A stretch of DNA of 64,000 bases, from the NCBI GenBank assembly GCA_017447305.1, contig JAFSNY010000080.1, positions 20,884-84,883 on the forward strand. The letters are read 5' to 3'. The translations under genes were made by a program, and so were the position numbers. Source of the stretch: Bacilli bacterium. GTDB lineage: Bacteria > Bacillota_I > Bacilli_A > RFN20 > CAG-826. Below, one piece after another: positions 9,038 through 18,238 of this stretch (its first letter is position 1; the number at the start of each line of letters is the position of its first letter). The notes below the pieces were generated by a model. It was not told the origin of the DNA, ran no database searches, and saw nothing but the letters and a program-made list of their open reading frames with translations.

Positions 9038-9679
9038 ATGATTAAAATAAATTTCCTCGGTGATTCGATAACTTATGGCTATGCAGTTAAGGATATGAAT
9101 AACTGTTTTGTTAATATTATCGGAAGAACATTACCTGCGGAAGTAAGAAATTATGGAATAAGTGGGACAAGATTCGCTAAACAAATTGTCCCGTCTTTAT
9201 CTCCTAGCTATGATTTATATTTTGGATCACGTGTCAAAGATATGAATCCTGATGCTAATCTGGTCGTGGTGTTTGGGGGAACAAATGATTTTGGTCATGG
9301 AGACGCTCCAATTGGAAATGATAACGATAGAAGTCCAGATACTTTCTACGGTGGAACTCATCATCTGATAAACGAGTTATTAAAACATTATAAAAAGGAA
9401 CAATTACTATTTGTTTTGCCTCTTCATCGTTTATGGGAAACATGCGTCTATGGAAATGGGGAAAAAGAAGTGGCTTCACTTCCTCTATCTGGTTATGCTT
9501 CAATCATTGAGTCAGTGTGCAAAGAATATGATATTGAGACTCTTGATTATCGAAAAGAGATGGGTGAAGCAATTAATAATCCATATCTTGCAGACGGGCT
9601 CCACCTTAATGATAAAGGGCACATCAAATTTGCGTCTCTTCTCATCGAGGACATCAAACGTAAACTTTTACTGAAATAA
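9038..9679 (+). CDS. SGNH/GDSL hydrolase (esterase)
   Basis: Block I GDSITYG, block III GTNDF and block V DGLHLN are all present. Confidence 0.8.
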   Translation: MIKINFLGDSITYGYAVKDMNNCFVNIIGRTLPAEVRNYGISGTRFAKQIVPSLSPSYDLYFGSRVKDMNPDANLVVVFGGTNDFGHGDAPIGNDNDRSPDTFYGGTHHLINELLKHYKKEQLLFVLPLHRLWETCVYGNGEKEVASLPLSGYASIIESVCKEYDIETLDYRKEMGEAINNPYLADGLHLNDKGHIKFASLLIEDIKRKLLLK

Positions 9680-9735
9680 AAAAACATCAAGCACCTTGCT
9701 TGAATGAGAAAGAATATTTATCTAAAATCTAGTGT

Positions 9736-10635
9736 ATGGAAACTGTTAAATTAAAGGCGAAAACTAAAGATTACATCTGGGGTGGTAATAGATTATTTAA
9801 TTATGGAAAAGTCTCTGACACCGACATCATCGCTGAGTCATGGGAATTATCATTTTTTAAAGATATGGAATCCCTTATCGATTCAGGAAAAGATATAGGT
9901 AAAAAGCTTTCTGATGTTGCTAGTGAAAAAGACCTTGGAAAGAATGTTCAAAAATATCCTTTTTTCCCAGTTTTAATAAAATTAATTGATGCGAATGATA
10001 ATCTATCTGTCCAAGTTCATCCAAGTGATGAATACGCTTTAGAACATGAAAATTCCTATGGAAAAACTGAGATGTGGTATGTCCTTGAAGCAAAAGAAGG
10101 ATCTTTCTTACATGTTGGATTAAACAAAGATGTCACTGAAGAAGAAGTGAGAGAAAGAATCAAAGATAACACAATCATGGATATCATGAATCATATTGAA
10201 GTTAAGCCTGGAGATTGCTTCTTTATTCCAAGTGGAACACTTCATGCGATTGGTAAAGGTGTGATGGTCATCGAGATTCAAGAAAACTCCAATCTTACAT
10301 ATCGTGTTTATGACTATGATCGACGTGATAAAAATAACAATCCACGCGAGCTACATATCGAAAAAGCCTTAAAAGTCATGGATTACAAGAAAGCAAAAAT
10401 CGTCAATATTCAAGATGAAGTTCTTGCGGATTATAAATATTTCAAAGTTAAAAAACTATCAAATCCTTGCGTGATTGAAGCACCTCTAGATTCCTTTGCG
10501 TCCTTTACGATTATCGAAGGTGAAGGAAGAGTTGATGATATCGCATTTAAAAAGGGCGATACATTCTTTGTTCCTGCAGGAAAAGTAGCGAATATAAACG
10601 GAAAGAGTAAAGTAATTCTTACGACAATTAACTAA
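9736..10635 (+). CDS. manA: Mannose-6-phosphate isomerase, class I (Bacillus-type cupin PMI)
   Basis: YIWGG, ESWELS, FFPVLIKLIDANDNLSVQVHP and GKTEMWYVL are motifs of type I PMI. Confidence 0.8.
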   Translation: METVKLKAKTKDYIWGGNRLFNYGKVSDTDIIAESWELSFFKDMESLIDSGKDIGKKLSDVASEKDLGKNVQKYPFFPVLIKLIDANDNLSVQVHPSDEYALEHENSYGKTEMWYVLEAKEGSFLHVGLNKDVTEEEVRERIKDNTIMDIMNHIEVKPGDCFFIPSGTLHAIGKGVMVIEIQENSNLTYRVYDYDRRDKNNNPRELHIEKALKVMDYKKAKIVNIQDEVLADYKYFKVKKLSNPCVIEAPLDSFASFTIIEGEGRVDDIAFKKGDTFFVPAGKVANINGKSKVILTTIN

Positions 10636-10636
10636 T

Positions 10637-11476
10637 ATGGATAAGAAAATATTAACAGTGCAAGATATATCTTGTTATGGTCAGTGCTCGATTACTGTCG
10701 CACTTCCAATTTTAAGCGCGTTAGGTCATGAGACCATTATTCTCCCAACCTCAGTGTTATCAACACATACCTCAGGGTTTAAAAACTTTGTTGTTAAAGA
10801 CCTGACTGATCAGTTTGACGCGATATTAAATCATTGGAAGAAGGAACATATTACTTTTGACTGCTTATATACTGGGTATTTAGGAAGCGAAAATCTTGTT
10901 GAATATATCAAATTTATCAAGGATAACTTTATGAATGAAGGTGCTTCTATCATCATTGATCCAGCGATGGGTGATGAAGGGAAATTATATCCAGCCTTTG
11001 ATTTAAAATATGCAAAGAAGATGCAAGAACTCATCCCTCTTTCTGATATTATCCTTCCTAACGTTACAGAAGCATGTTTCTTAAGCGATACTCCTTACGT
11101 TGAAAAATATGATGAAATATATATCAAAGATTTATTAGTTAAATTAGAAGCAAAAGGATGCAAAAAAATCATCCTCACCGATGTCAGTTTTGAAGAAAAT
11201 ACGACAGGAGTGTATTCATTAATTGATGGAAAGTATAGTTATTACAAACATCAAAAGATTGGTAATGGAATACATGGAACTGGGGATGTTTTCTCCTCAA
11301 CATTCGTCGGTGTATATTTATTAAAGAACGATATTCATCTTGCAATTAAGATGGCTGCTGATTTTGTTTATCGATGTATCGTAAACACCATTGATGATAA
11401 GAGTCATTGGTATGGTGTTAAATTCGAAAAACAAATCAAACATTTACTCAAGGGGATTGAAGATGAAAGTTTATAA
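10637..11476 (+). CDS. pdxK: Pyridoxal/pyridoxamine kinase (PfkB ribokinase superfamily)
   Basis: ILTVQDISCYGQCSITVALPILSALGHE is the N-terminal PdxK/PdxY signature. GTGD lies near the C-terminus. Confidence 0.7.
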   Translation: MDKKILTVQDISCYGQCSITVALPILSALGHETIILPTSVLSTHTSGFKNFVVKDLTDQFDAILNHWKKEHITFDCLYTGYLGSENLVEYIKFIKDNFMNEGASIIIDPAMGDEGKLYPAFDLKYAKKMQELIPLSDIILPNVTEACFLSDTPYVEKYDEIYIKDLLVKLEAKGCKKIILTDVSFEENTTGVYSLIDGKYSYYKHQKIGNGIHGTGDVFSSTFVGVYLLKNDIHLAIKMAADFVYRCIVNTIDDKSHWYGVKFEKQIKHLLKGIEDESL

Positions 11477-12036
11477 ACACATTTATGAAAATATTGGTAA
11501 CACTCCATTAGTGGAACTTACTAATTTAGAAAAAGAATTTAGCTTAAGAGCTAAACTCGTTGCCAAGGTTGAAAGTTTTAACAACCAGCAAAGAAATTTA
11601 CGATGATTTAGATGGTCAAATTGATATCTTTGTATCTGGCGTTGGAACTGGTGGAACAATCAGTGGAGTGGGCAAATATCTTAAGGAAAGAATTCCTAAT
11701 GTTAAGATAGTTGCAGTGGAACCAAAGACATCACCAGTTTTATCAAAAGGCGAATCTGGTAAACATAGAATCCAAGGTATTGGAGCAGGTTTTGTTCCTA
11801 ATACTTTAGATACATCCATCTATGATGAGGTTATTACCATTGATGATGAAGATGCCTTTGAAATGGGCAGGATGTCTGCGAAAAAAGAAGGACCTCTTGT
11901 TGGTATTTCTTCAGGAGCCGCTATTAAAGCAGGACTTATCTTAGCTAGTAGAAAAGAAAACGAAGGAAAAACCATTGTCGTATTTCTTCCAGATACAGGC
12001 GGAAGATATTTATCAACTGCAATGTTTGATAAATAA
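11463..12036 (+). pseudogene. cysK: Cysteine synthase (O-acetylserine sulfhydrylase) remnant with an internal deletion and frame change
   Basis: The N-terminal 41 aa MKVYKHIYENIGNTPLVELTN...KVESFN are CysK-like up to the position before the PLP-binding Lys, then run into a stop. A second frame (11560..12036) encodes the CysK C-terminus (GVGTGGTISG...IQGIGAGFVP...GISSGAA). About 120 aa of the middle are missing. Confidence 0.7.
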
Positions 12037-12116
12037 AATAATAGCCATTTTGGTTTGTAATATTTTGTTAGAAATAATACAATTTAGTTAGCGAATATTC
12101 TTAAGGAGAATTTATT

Positions 12117-12527
12117 ATGGCATGTTTTACTGTTAGTATGATTGGTGCGATTGGTGTTGGCGTTGCAAAACACATCGTCAAACATCACGAAAAGAAGATT
12201 GAACTTCAACATCAAGAACCAAAAGAATATAAATTCGGTTCAGATGTTAAATGGAGCAAAAAACTTTCTTATCTAGAACTTACATTATGGACAGGTTCAT
12301 TCCTTTTAGCAGGTGAACATATCCTTCACGGAGAAGTTGTTCCATATCCACCATTCCTGACAGCGATGAATAGTGCGGAAGATACAATGGAAATGCTTCA
12401 AGAAATGGGTACAGTTGGTGTATTGATGTTCGTGTTACTCGTTGTTGCATGGGCCGTTGGTGTATTGATTGTTGACTTTGTCAAATTCCGTAAACACAAA
12501 GAGATTGTAGCTAAGGAGAATGAATAA
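12117..12527 (+). CDS. Hypothetical membrane protein (136 aa)
   Basis: Clean ORF with hydrophobic segments. Its stop overlaps the start of the next ORF. Confidence 0.45.
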   Translation: MACFTVSMIGAIGVGVAKHIVKHHEKKIELQHQEPKEYKFGSDVKWSKKLSYLELTLWTGSFLLAGEHILHGEVVPYPPFLTAMNSAEDTMEMLQEMGTVGVLMFVLLVVAWAVGVLIVDFVKFRKHKEIVAKENE

Positions 12528-12817
12528 TGTATTTCTTAACAGCTTTAGGCTGCACGATTATCGCTACCCTTTTATGGTTCTTCTTTAGAGATCGCAAGAA
12601 TCTCCATTTAGAGATTTTAGCTATCACTTATGGCGCTGCTACATTAATGTGGTTAGTGGACTGCATATTTTCCGCTGCTGGTGGAGAGGGATTCTTAAGT
12701 TTTGAATTCCCAACCGATGGTTGGATTTCCCTTTGGACTGTCTTAGGTGGAATCTTCATCTGGTTAATCCTAGCCTTTATTCTTAACAATAAAGAGAAAA
12801 CTGCGGTCACTGAATAA
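12527..12817 (+). CDS. Hypothetical 3-TM membrane protein (96 aa)
   Basis: Hydrophobic ORF overlapping the upstream stop (ATAATG). Confidence 0.45.
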   Translation: MYFLTALGCTIIATLLWFFFRDRKNLHLEILAITYGAATLMWLVDCIFSAAGGEGFLSFEFPTDGWISLWTVLGGIFIWLILAFILNNKEKTAVTE

Positions 12818-12914
12818 GATAAATTTATAACCGAAAAAATTGATGCATGAAAATGTATCGATTTTTTATTATCTAAATGAAAGTACAAAAAGAAAGTAAT
12901 AGAATATATGTGAT

Positions 12915-15566
12915 ATGAAAAAGCGTATTATCAATCATCGCCAAGAAGAAGCGCCTCGATATAATCCAACCATCGAAGAAGGACTCGATGAAGAAAAGGT
13001 ACTTGAAAGAGTTAGTAGTGGTTTAGTCAACAAAGCTAAAGACCCCACGAATAAGTCTTATCTTCAAATTGTCTTTGGAAATATTTTCACATTCTTTAAT
13101 ATCCTAATGTTTATCATCGCAGGAGTGCTTGTTTTAGTCGTTGGTAAAAAGGTTGTTACTAACTTATTATTCCTTGTCATCATTCTCTGTAATTTGCTAA
13201 TTGGAACAATTCAAGAATGTAAATCAAAACACACGATTGAAAAGTTAAAACTCTTAAATAACAACAAGAGCAAAGTAAAAAGAGGCGGGAAAGACATAGA
13301 AATTCTTCCAAATGAGATTGTTTTAGATGATGTCATTATCCTTTCTCCTGGAGATCAAATTCCTGTTGATGGAGTTATTCTTGATGATGAAATTGTCGAA
13401 GTCAATGAATCCCTTTTAACTGGTGAGTCAGTTCCTGTAAAGAAAACTAGAGGAGATATGTTATACGCTGGATCGTTTGTTGTTTCAGGAATTAACTATA
13501 TCCGCGCAGATAAGATTGGAAATGACACATATATTCAATCAATTCAAAGCAAAGCAAAATTATCTAAACAACCTAAATCGCATTTGATGATTGCGATTAG
13601 CAAGATTATCCGCGTTATGACACTTATCGCTATCCCATTAGCGTTTGTTGTTTTCTTAAACGAATTCTTACATAACATCTCTAATCCAATCTTAGACACT
13701 AAGACAAATGATATCGCTCCGATGTTCCCAACATATTGGGGACAAGATTCCCAAGTATCTGACGCAGTATTCTATGGTGGAGTCACTATCGCATACATGA
13801 TTCCTTACGGAATGGCTCTTTTAGCATCCGTAGCAATGGCCACGGGTGTTGTTAAATTAGCCCAAAGCAAAACACTTGCGCAAAACCTATATTCTGTCGA
13901 ATCATTATCAAGAGTCAATACTCTTTGTTTAGATAAAACGGGAACATTAACAGATGGAACAATGAGTGTTGAAAGTTACACGATTCTCGATGAGAAAGTT
14001 AAAGATGAAGAATTGTTAAAACTCATCAGTTCATATTTATCCGCTTTTAAAGCCTCTAACCAAACATCCATCGCTTTAACAAATAAGTTTGGTAATGAAA
14101 AAGCGTTTGATTTTGATAAGACTATCCAATTCTCAAGTGCGAGAAAGTATTCCGCGGTGAGATTTAAGGAACGTGGATGGTACGCTTTGGGCGCTCCAGA
14201 ATATCTAACCAAGGATAAGGATGTATTAGGGAAAATCGATGAATTTGCTAAACATGGATTAAGAGTAGTGCTTCTATCCAATATTGATGGAGAATTTGTC
14301 GATGAAGAGAAACTTCCTGAAAAGAGAAATAATGTTGCGATGTTTATCATTCGTGACACAATCCGTCCAGAAGTATACGACACGATGAGATGGTTCCATG
14401 AAAATGATGTCGATATTAAGGTCATCTCTGGCGACAACATTGGAACAGTTAGCTACATTGCTAAGCAATGCGGTATTGAAAACTGGGATAAGGTTATCGA
14501 TATGAGCACGATTACTGATAAAGATGATTTCGAAGAAATCGTCATGAATAATGCGATATTTGGACGTGTCAATCCAGATCAAAAAGCCGATATCATTCAA
14601 GTATTAAAGAAACACGGAAGAATCACTGGTGTCACTGGTGATGGATTAAATGATTTATTAGCCTTCAAACAAGCCGATTGTTCTATCGCTCTCGCTAATG
14701 GTGCGGCAGCGACTAAAAATGTTGCGAGCTTGATTCTTTTAGATAGCAACTTTGCTAATATGAAAGAAGCTGTCTTCCAAGGAAGAAGAGTGGTCAATAA
14801 CATTCAAAGATCATCATCATTATTTGTAATGAAAGACTTCCTCTGGTTATTCATTACCATCCTTCCAATTCTTCTTGGTCTCAACCATGTTATCCAGCCG
14901 ACAGTCATGTCGATTGTTAATATCTTCATTACCGGTATTGCTTCACTCTTTGTTGCCTTAGAGCCAGACAAGACAAGAGTGAAAGGTAACTTCTTCAAGA
15001 ACGTTGTAAGAACCGCGATAATCGCAGGATTTTATATGTTTGTCCCGATTCTTTTAATCATGACATATTTCCTAACTAGTCAGATTATCCAAACGCAGTC
15101 TTATGATTTAAGTCAGATGATGACACAGTTTAATAATGGAGAAATTACTAACCTTGGATGGGTACCTGTCATGAGTTTATGTGTAACCATAGCTGGATTT
15201 ATCATCTTCTTTGATAACTGCCGTCCATTCACTAAATTTAGAAAAATCTTATTTGGCTGTATCTTAGGACTTGTTTTACTTGTCCTATATCTCATTCCTG
15301 AATTCTTCATTGTCAGTGGAACAGAAATGCTTAAAGAAACAGTCGTGGACAGCAAATTAGGTTTACTTAATATCTTCAAATATGAAATAGATCACCTTGG
15401 ACCAAACGCTACTCTAATTCTTTATCGTACGATGTCCTTAGAACAGTGGCTATTCCTCGTAGGATGGCTTCTTGCTGCGTATCCGCTTTATCTATTTAAT
15501 AAGAAGTTCTTTGGAAAACTTATGGATGTGCTTTTATTCTCTCATAGAGAGTATAAGGATGATTAA
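12915..15566 (+). CDS. P-type cation-transporting ATPase (type II, Ca2+/Mg2+-like)
   Basis: Phosphorylation site LCLDKTGTLTDG, hinge TGDGLNDLLAFKQADCSIAL, plus the actuator domain and ~10 TM segments. Confidence 0.9.
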   Translation: MKKRIINHRQEEAPRYNPTIEEGLDEEKVLERVSSGLVNKAKDPTNKSYLQIVFGNIFTFFNILMFIIAGVLVLVVGKKVVTNLLFLVIILCNLLIGTIQECKSKHTIEKLKLLNNNKSKVKRGGKDIEILPNEIVLDDVIILSPGDQIPVDGVILDDEIVEVNESLLTGESVPVKKTRGDMLYAGSFVVSGINYIRADKIGNDTYIQSIQSKAKLSKQPKSHLMIAISKIIRVMTLIAIPLAFVVFLNEFLHNISNPILDTKTNDIAPMFPTYWGQDSQVSDAVFYGGVTIAYMIPYGMALLASVAMATGVVKLAQSKTLAQNLYSVESLSRVNTLCLDKTGTLTDGTMSVESYTILDEKVKDEELLKLISSYLSAFKASNQTSIALTNKFGNEKAFDFDKTIQFSSARKYSAVRFKERGWYALGAPEYLTKDKDVLGKIDEFAKHGLRVVLLSNIDGEFVDEEKLPEKRNNVAMFIIRDTIRPEVYDTMRWFHENDVDIKVISGDNIGTVSYIAKQCGIENWDKVIDMSTITDKDDFEEIVMNNAIFGRVNPDQKADIIQVLKKHGRITGVTGDGLNDLLAFKQADCSIALANGAAATKNVASLILLDSNFANMKEAVFQGRRVVNNIQRSSSLFVMKDFLWLFITILPILLGLNHVIQPTVMSIVNIFITGIASLFVALEPDKTRVKGNFFKNVVRTAIIAGFYMFVPILLIMTYFLTSQIIQTQSYDLSQMMTQFNNGEITNLGWVPVMSLCVTIAGFIIFFDNCRPFTKFRKILFGCILGLVLLVLYLIPEFFIVSGTEMLKETVVDSKLGLLNIFKYEIDHLGPNATLILYRTMSLEQWLFLVGWLLAAYPLYLFNKKFFGKLMDVLLFSHREYKDD

Positions 15567-15661
15567 ATCAAAAACCCAAAATAACTATACGTTTTACATA
15601 GTAAAGATGTAAAATATATATAAGCAATGATCTTTTATAAAATTATTGGAGGATATTTATT

Positions 15662-15925
15662 ATGGCTTTAAGAGACACGAACGCTTTTAGAACGCGCGCG
15701 AAAGATGAACTTTGTAAACTTGAGAAGGATGTATACGGAAGAGATATTACACACGAAGAAGTTGAAATCGTCTTCCTCACATACGTCATGGGCTTCATAA
15801 AAGGAATGTTCGTGGTGGCAAATAATACTTGTGGAAGAATTTATGAAATAAGTTCTAATCCAACAAACGGAAGATTATATATTGATGTCTATAAGAAAGA
15901 TGGATCGAAGGTTATCGCTATTTAA
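15662..15925 (+). CDS. Small hypothetical protein (87 aa)
   Basis: Good RBS (ttggagga) 8 nt upstream. There is no recognisable domain. Confidence 0.45.
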   Translation: MALRDTNAFRTRAKDELCKLEKDVYGRDITHEEVEIVFLTYVMGFIKGMFVVANNTCGRIYEISSNPTNGRLYIDVYKKDGSKVIAI

Positions 15926-16038
15926 GTAAAATAATCCATCTATTAATTAATTGAAGAAAAACTGGTGCTTCCTCACCAGTTTTCTTCATATAATCTAAAA
16001 GATTATGCTATATTATATTTGTGGTTTGGAGGAAGCGT

Positions 16039-17473
16039 TATGAAGAGATTCATTAAAGCATTAACAATACCATTTGTTTTAGGAGCGACATTGTCCTTTT
16101 TTGTTGATTTTGAAAGTAAAGAATTTGTTATCGCTCAAGCTAGTGGCGCGCTTCCCACAACAATATCGTTAAGAGATAATACAGAAACAGAAATTAGGAA
16201 TTATTACAATAACCTTAATTCTCTTGCTGAAAGTGAACTTCAAGGTACAAATCTCTTAAAGAACTTAAAACCAATCCTTTCTAATAACCAAAGAATGTAT
16301 TCATATGATAGAAATAATGGTACAGAAATTTGGCAGTTATATGAAATCATTGATCGCGATTGGGAACTATCTCCTGCAAATGAGATAACCACTGGCACAT
16401 ATGATGAATCGACAAAAACGATTACTGGATATACATATGGAAAAAGCGCCAGTAATCCAGGAGATAATCCATATGTCAGAGCGCTTTATGTTGATCGCTC
16501 AGTAGAAAATCCGATGAAAGCTTGGGGCAACCACAATCAAACATATGGAGGAATCAATAGAGAGCACATATGGCCGAAATCGCATGGTTTTGATGAAGAA
16601 TTAAGTGATTCTGACGGAGCTAGGGGAGACCCAATGCATCTTTGGGCCGCAGATGGATATACCAATAATATTCATAATAATTATTTCTATGGGTATGTTG
16701 ATACTTCAAAAACTTATGTCGACTGCCAAGACAAGATTTCTTATTCCGTGGGCAATTATCTCGGAACATCGAAAACATTAGGAAAAGGCACAGTTTTTGA
16801 ACCTCAAGACTCAGATAAAGGCGATATCGCTCGTGCAGTATTCTACATGGTTGCAAGATATAACAACTACGCAGGCGCAACATCTGGAATTGACGCGAAC
16901 GAGCCAAACCTCATTTTAGAAAATAATCTAGATGGGAATAATGTCACTGGAACATCGACGGCGACCACATCGTTCAGCCTAGGTATTCTTCAAGACTTAC
17001 TTGAATGGAATAAATTAGATCCTGTTGATGACTTTGAAATCCATCGTAATAACTTATTATTCAATAACTATACATTTAATAGAAACCCGTTCATTGATTT
17101 CCCAGAATGGGCAGATTACATTTGGGGAACATCAGAAAATGGTGTTTATGACAACACTAGTAAGGGATTTGCTTCCCCATTAACCGACCCTATAAGCCAA
17201 AACCCATCACCTGAGCCTGGCACTAAAGACGAATCAACTACATCAGAATCAGAAAGCGAGTCAATTGTTCCAATACCAGAACCTCAAGATGAATCACCTA
17301 AATTTGATATGAAAATGATTATCATTATTGGTGCGGTCGTTGTGGCGGTCGTTATCATTTTGATTGTCATCTTTGCTAACGCAAGCAAAAAACAAAAAAA
17401 GAAAATGGTGAAGAGCGCAAAGAAGATTGTTAAAAAATCCTCTTCAAAAAAGAAGAGTTCAAGTAAAAAGTAA
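16039..17473 (+). CDS. Extracellular Endonuclease-I family nuclease with a signal peptide and a C-terminal TM anchor plus a Lys-rich tail
   Basis: REHIWPKSHGF, GDPMHLWAADGYTNNIHNNYFYG and FNRNPFIDFPEWADYIW match the Endonuclease I (EndA/Vvn) motifs. C-terminal IIIIGAVVVAVVIILIVIF is followed by KKQKKK.... The start is preceded by a ggagg RBS. Confidence 0.75.
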
Positions 17474-17478
17474 AAAAA

Positions 17479-17503
17479 GCATTCCCTTTGGGGATGTTTT
17501 TCT
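17479..17503. terminator. Rho-independent terminator between convergent nuclease and TetR genes
   Basis: gcattccc-ttt-ggggatg followed by a T-run. Confidence 0.55.
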
Positions 17504-18098
17504 ATTTAACTAAATCTACGATATTTGTTTTTTTGTAACTATCAACGAAGAGAGTCAAGATATTAGCAAGATCATCAAGGTCGCAGTTTAATTCTCCGTT
17601 AAACCAGGCGCGATAAGTATTTAATATGCCACCGATGATATAGCTAAACGTAATGTTGGCAAGCTTTTCATTTCTTATAAAGACGCCTTCTTCCCTTTTC
17701 ATTTGCTCTCTCATCGTTCTAACTATAACTTCAACAAACGCTGCCGACCCCTTCATCCTGAAAATGGAGTGATAATAATCATCTTTTAGTTTTAATTCCT
17801 TATTAATTCCCGCAAAGAGTTCTGAGGAATTATCCGCGAAAGTCTTGCCTTTAAATTCATTGTGAAGTCTTTCGAAAGAATCAACGATATCCTTAGAAAT
17901 ATGATCTTTAATCTCCCATGTTCCGCGGTAGTGTTTATAAAATGTCGTTCTATTAATTCCTGCGGTGTCACAAAGCTCAGTCACACTAATTTGACTGTAA
18001 TGTTTTTGTGATGAGAGGTTGATGAAAGCATTAACTATCAAGCGCTCTATACGATGATAATTACTATTCTTTTCTTTTACGTTTTTTTCCATAAACAT
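17502..18098 (-). CDS. TetR/AcrR-family transcriptional regulator
   Basis: The HTH region YSQISVTELCDTAGINRTTFYKHY is present. The listed ORF begins at a TTG, and the first ATG (MFMEKN...) is used here. Confidence 0.75.
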   Translation of the reverse strand: MFMEKNVKEKNSNYHRIERLIVNAFINLSSQKHYSQISVTELCDTAGINRTTFYKHYRGTWEIKDHISKDIVDSFERLHNEFKGKTFADNSSELFAGINKELKLKDDYYHSIFRMKGSAAFVEVIVRTMREQMKREEGVFIRNEKLANITFSYIIGGILNTYRAWFNGELNCDLDDLANILTLFVDSYKKTNIVDLVK

Positions 18099-18238
18099 TA
18101 TGTATTTTACAATATTTTCAGTGTGTAGACAAATAAACAAATCGGGTAAAAATGTCTAAATGTTTCATGGTTGTTGATTTTTCTTATTATCTAATTTTTG
18201 TTTTACAACAAACGATAAGTAGATAGAATATATTTACT

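Noticed and set aside
13976-15379. Series of minus-strand ORFs (154, 108, 68, 64 and 88 aa) antisense to the P-type ATPase
   Set aside because: All are nested antisense within an 883-aa gene that has unmistakable P-type ATPase motifs. This is typical antisense ORF noise.
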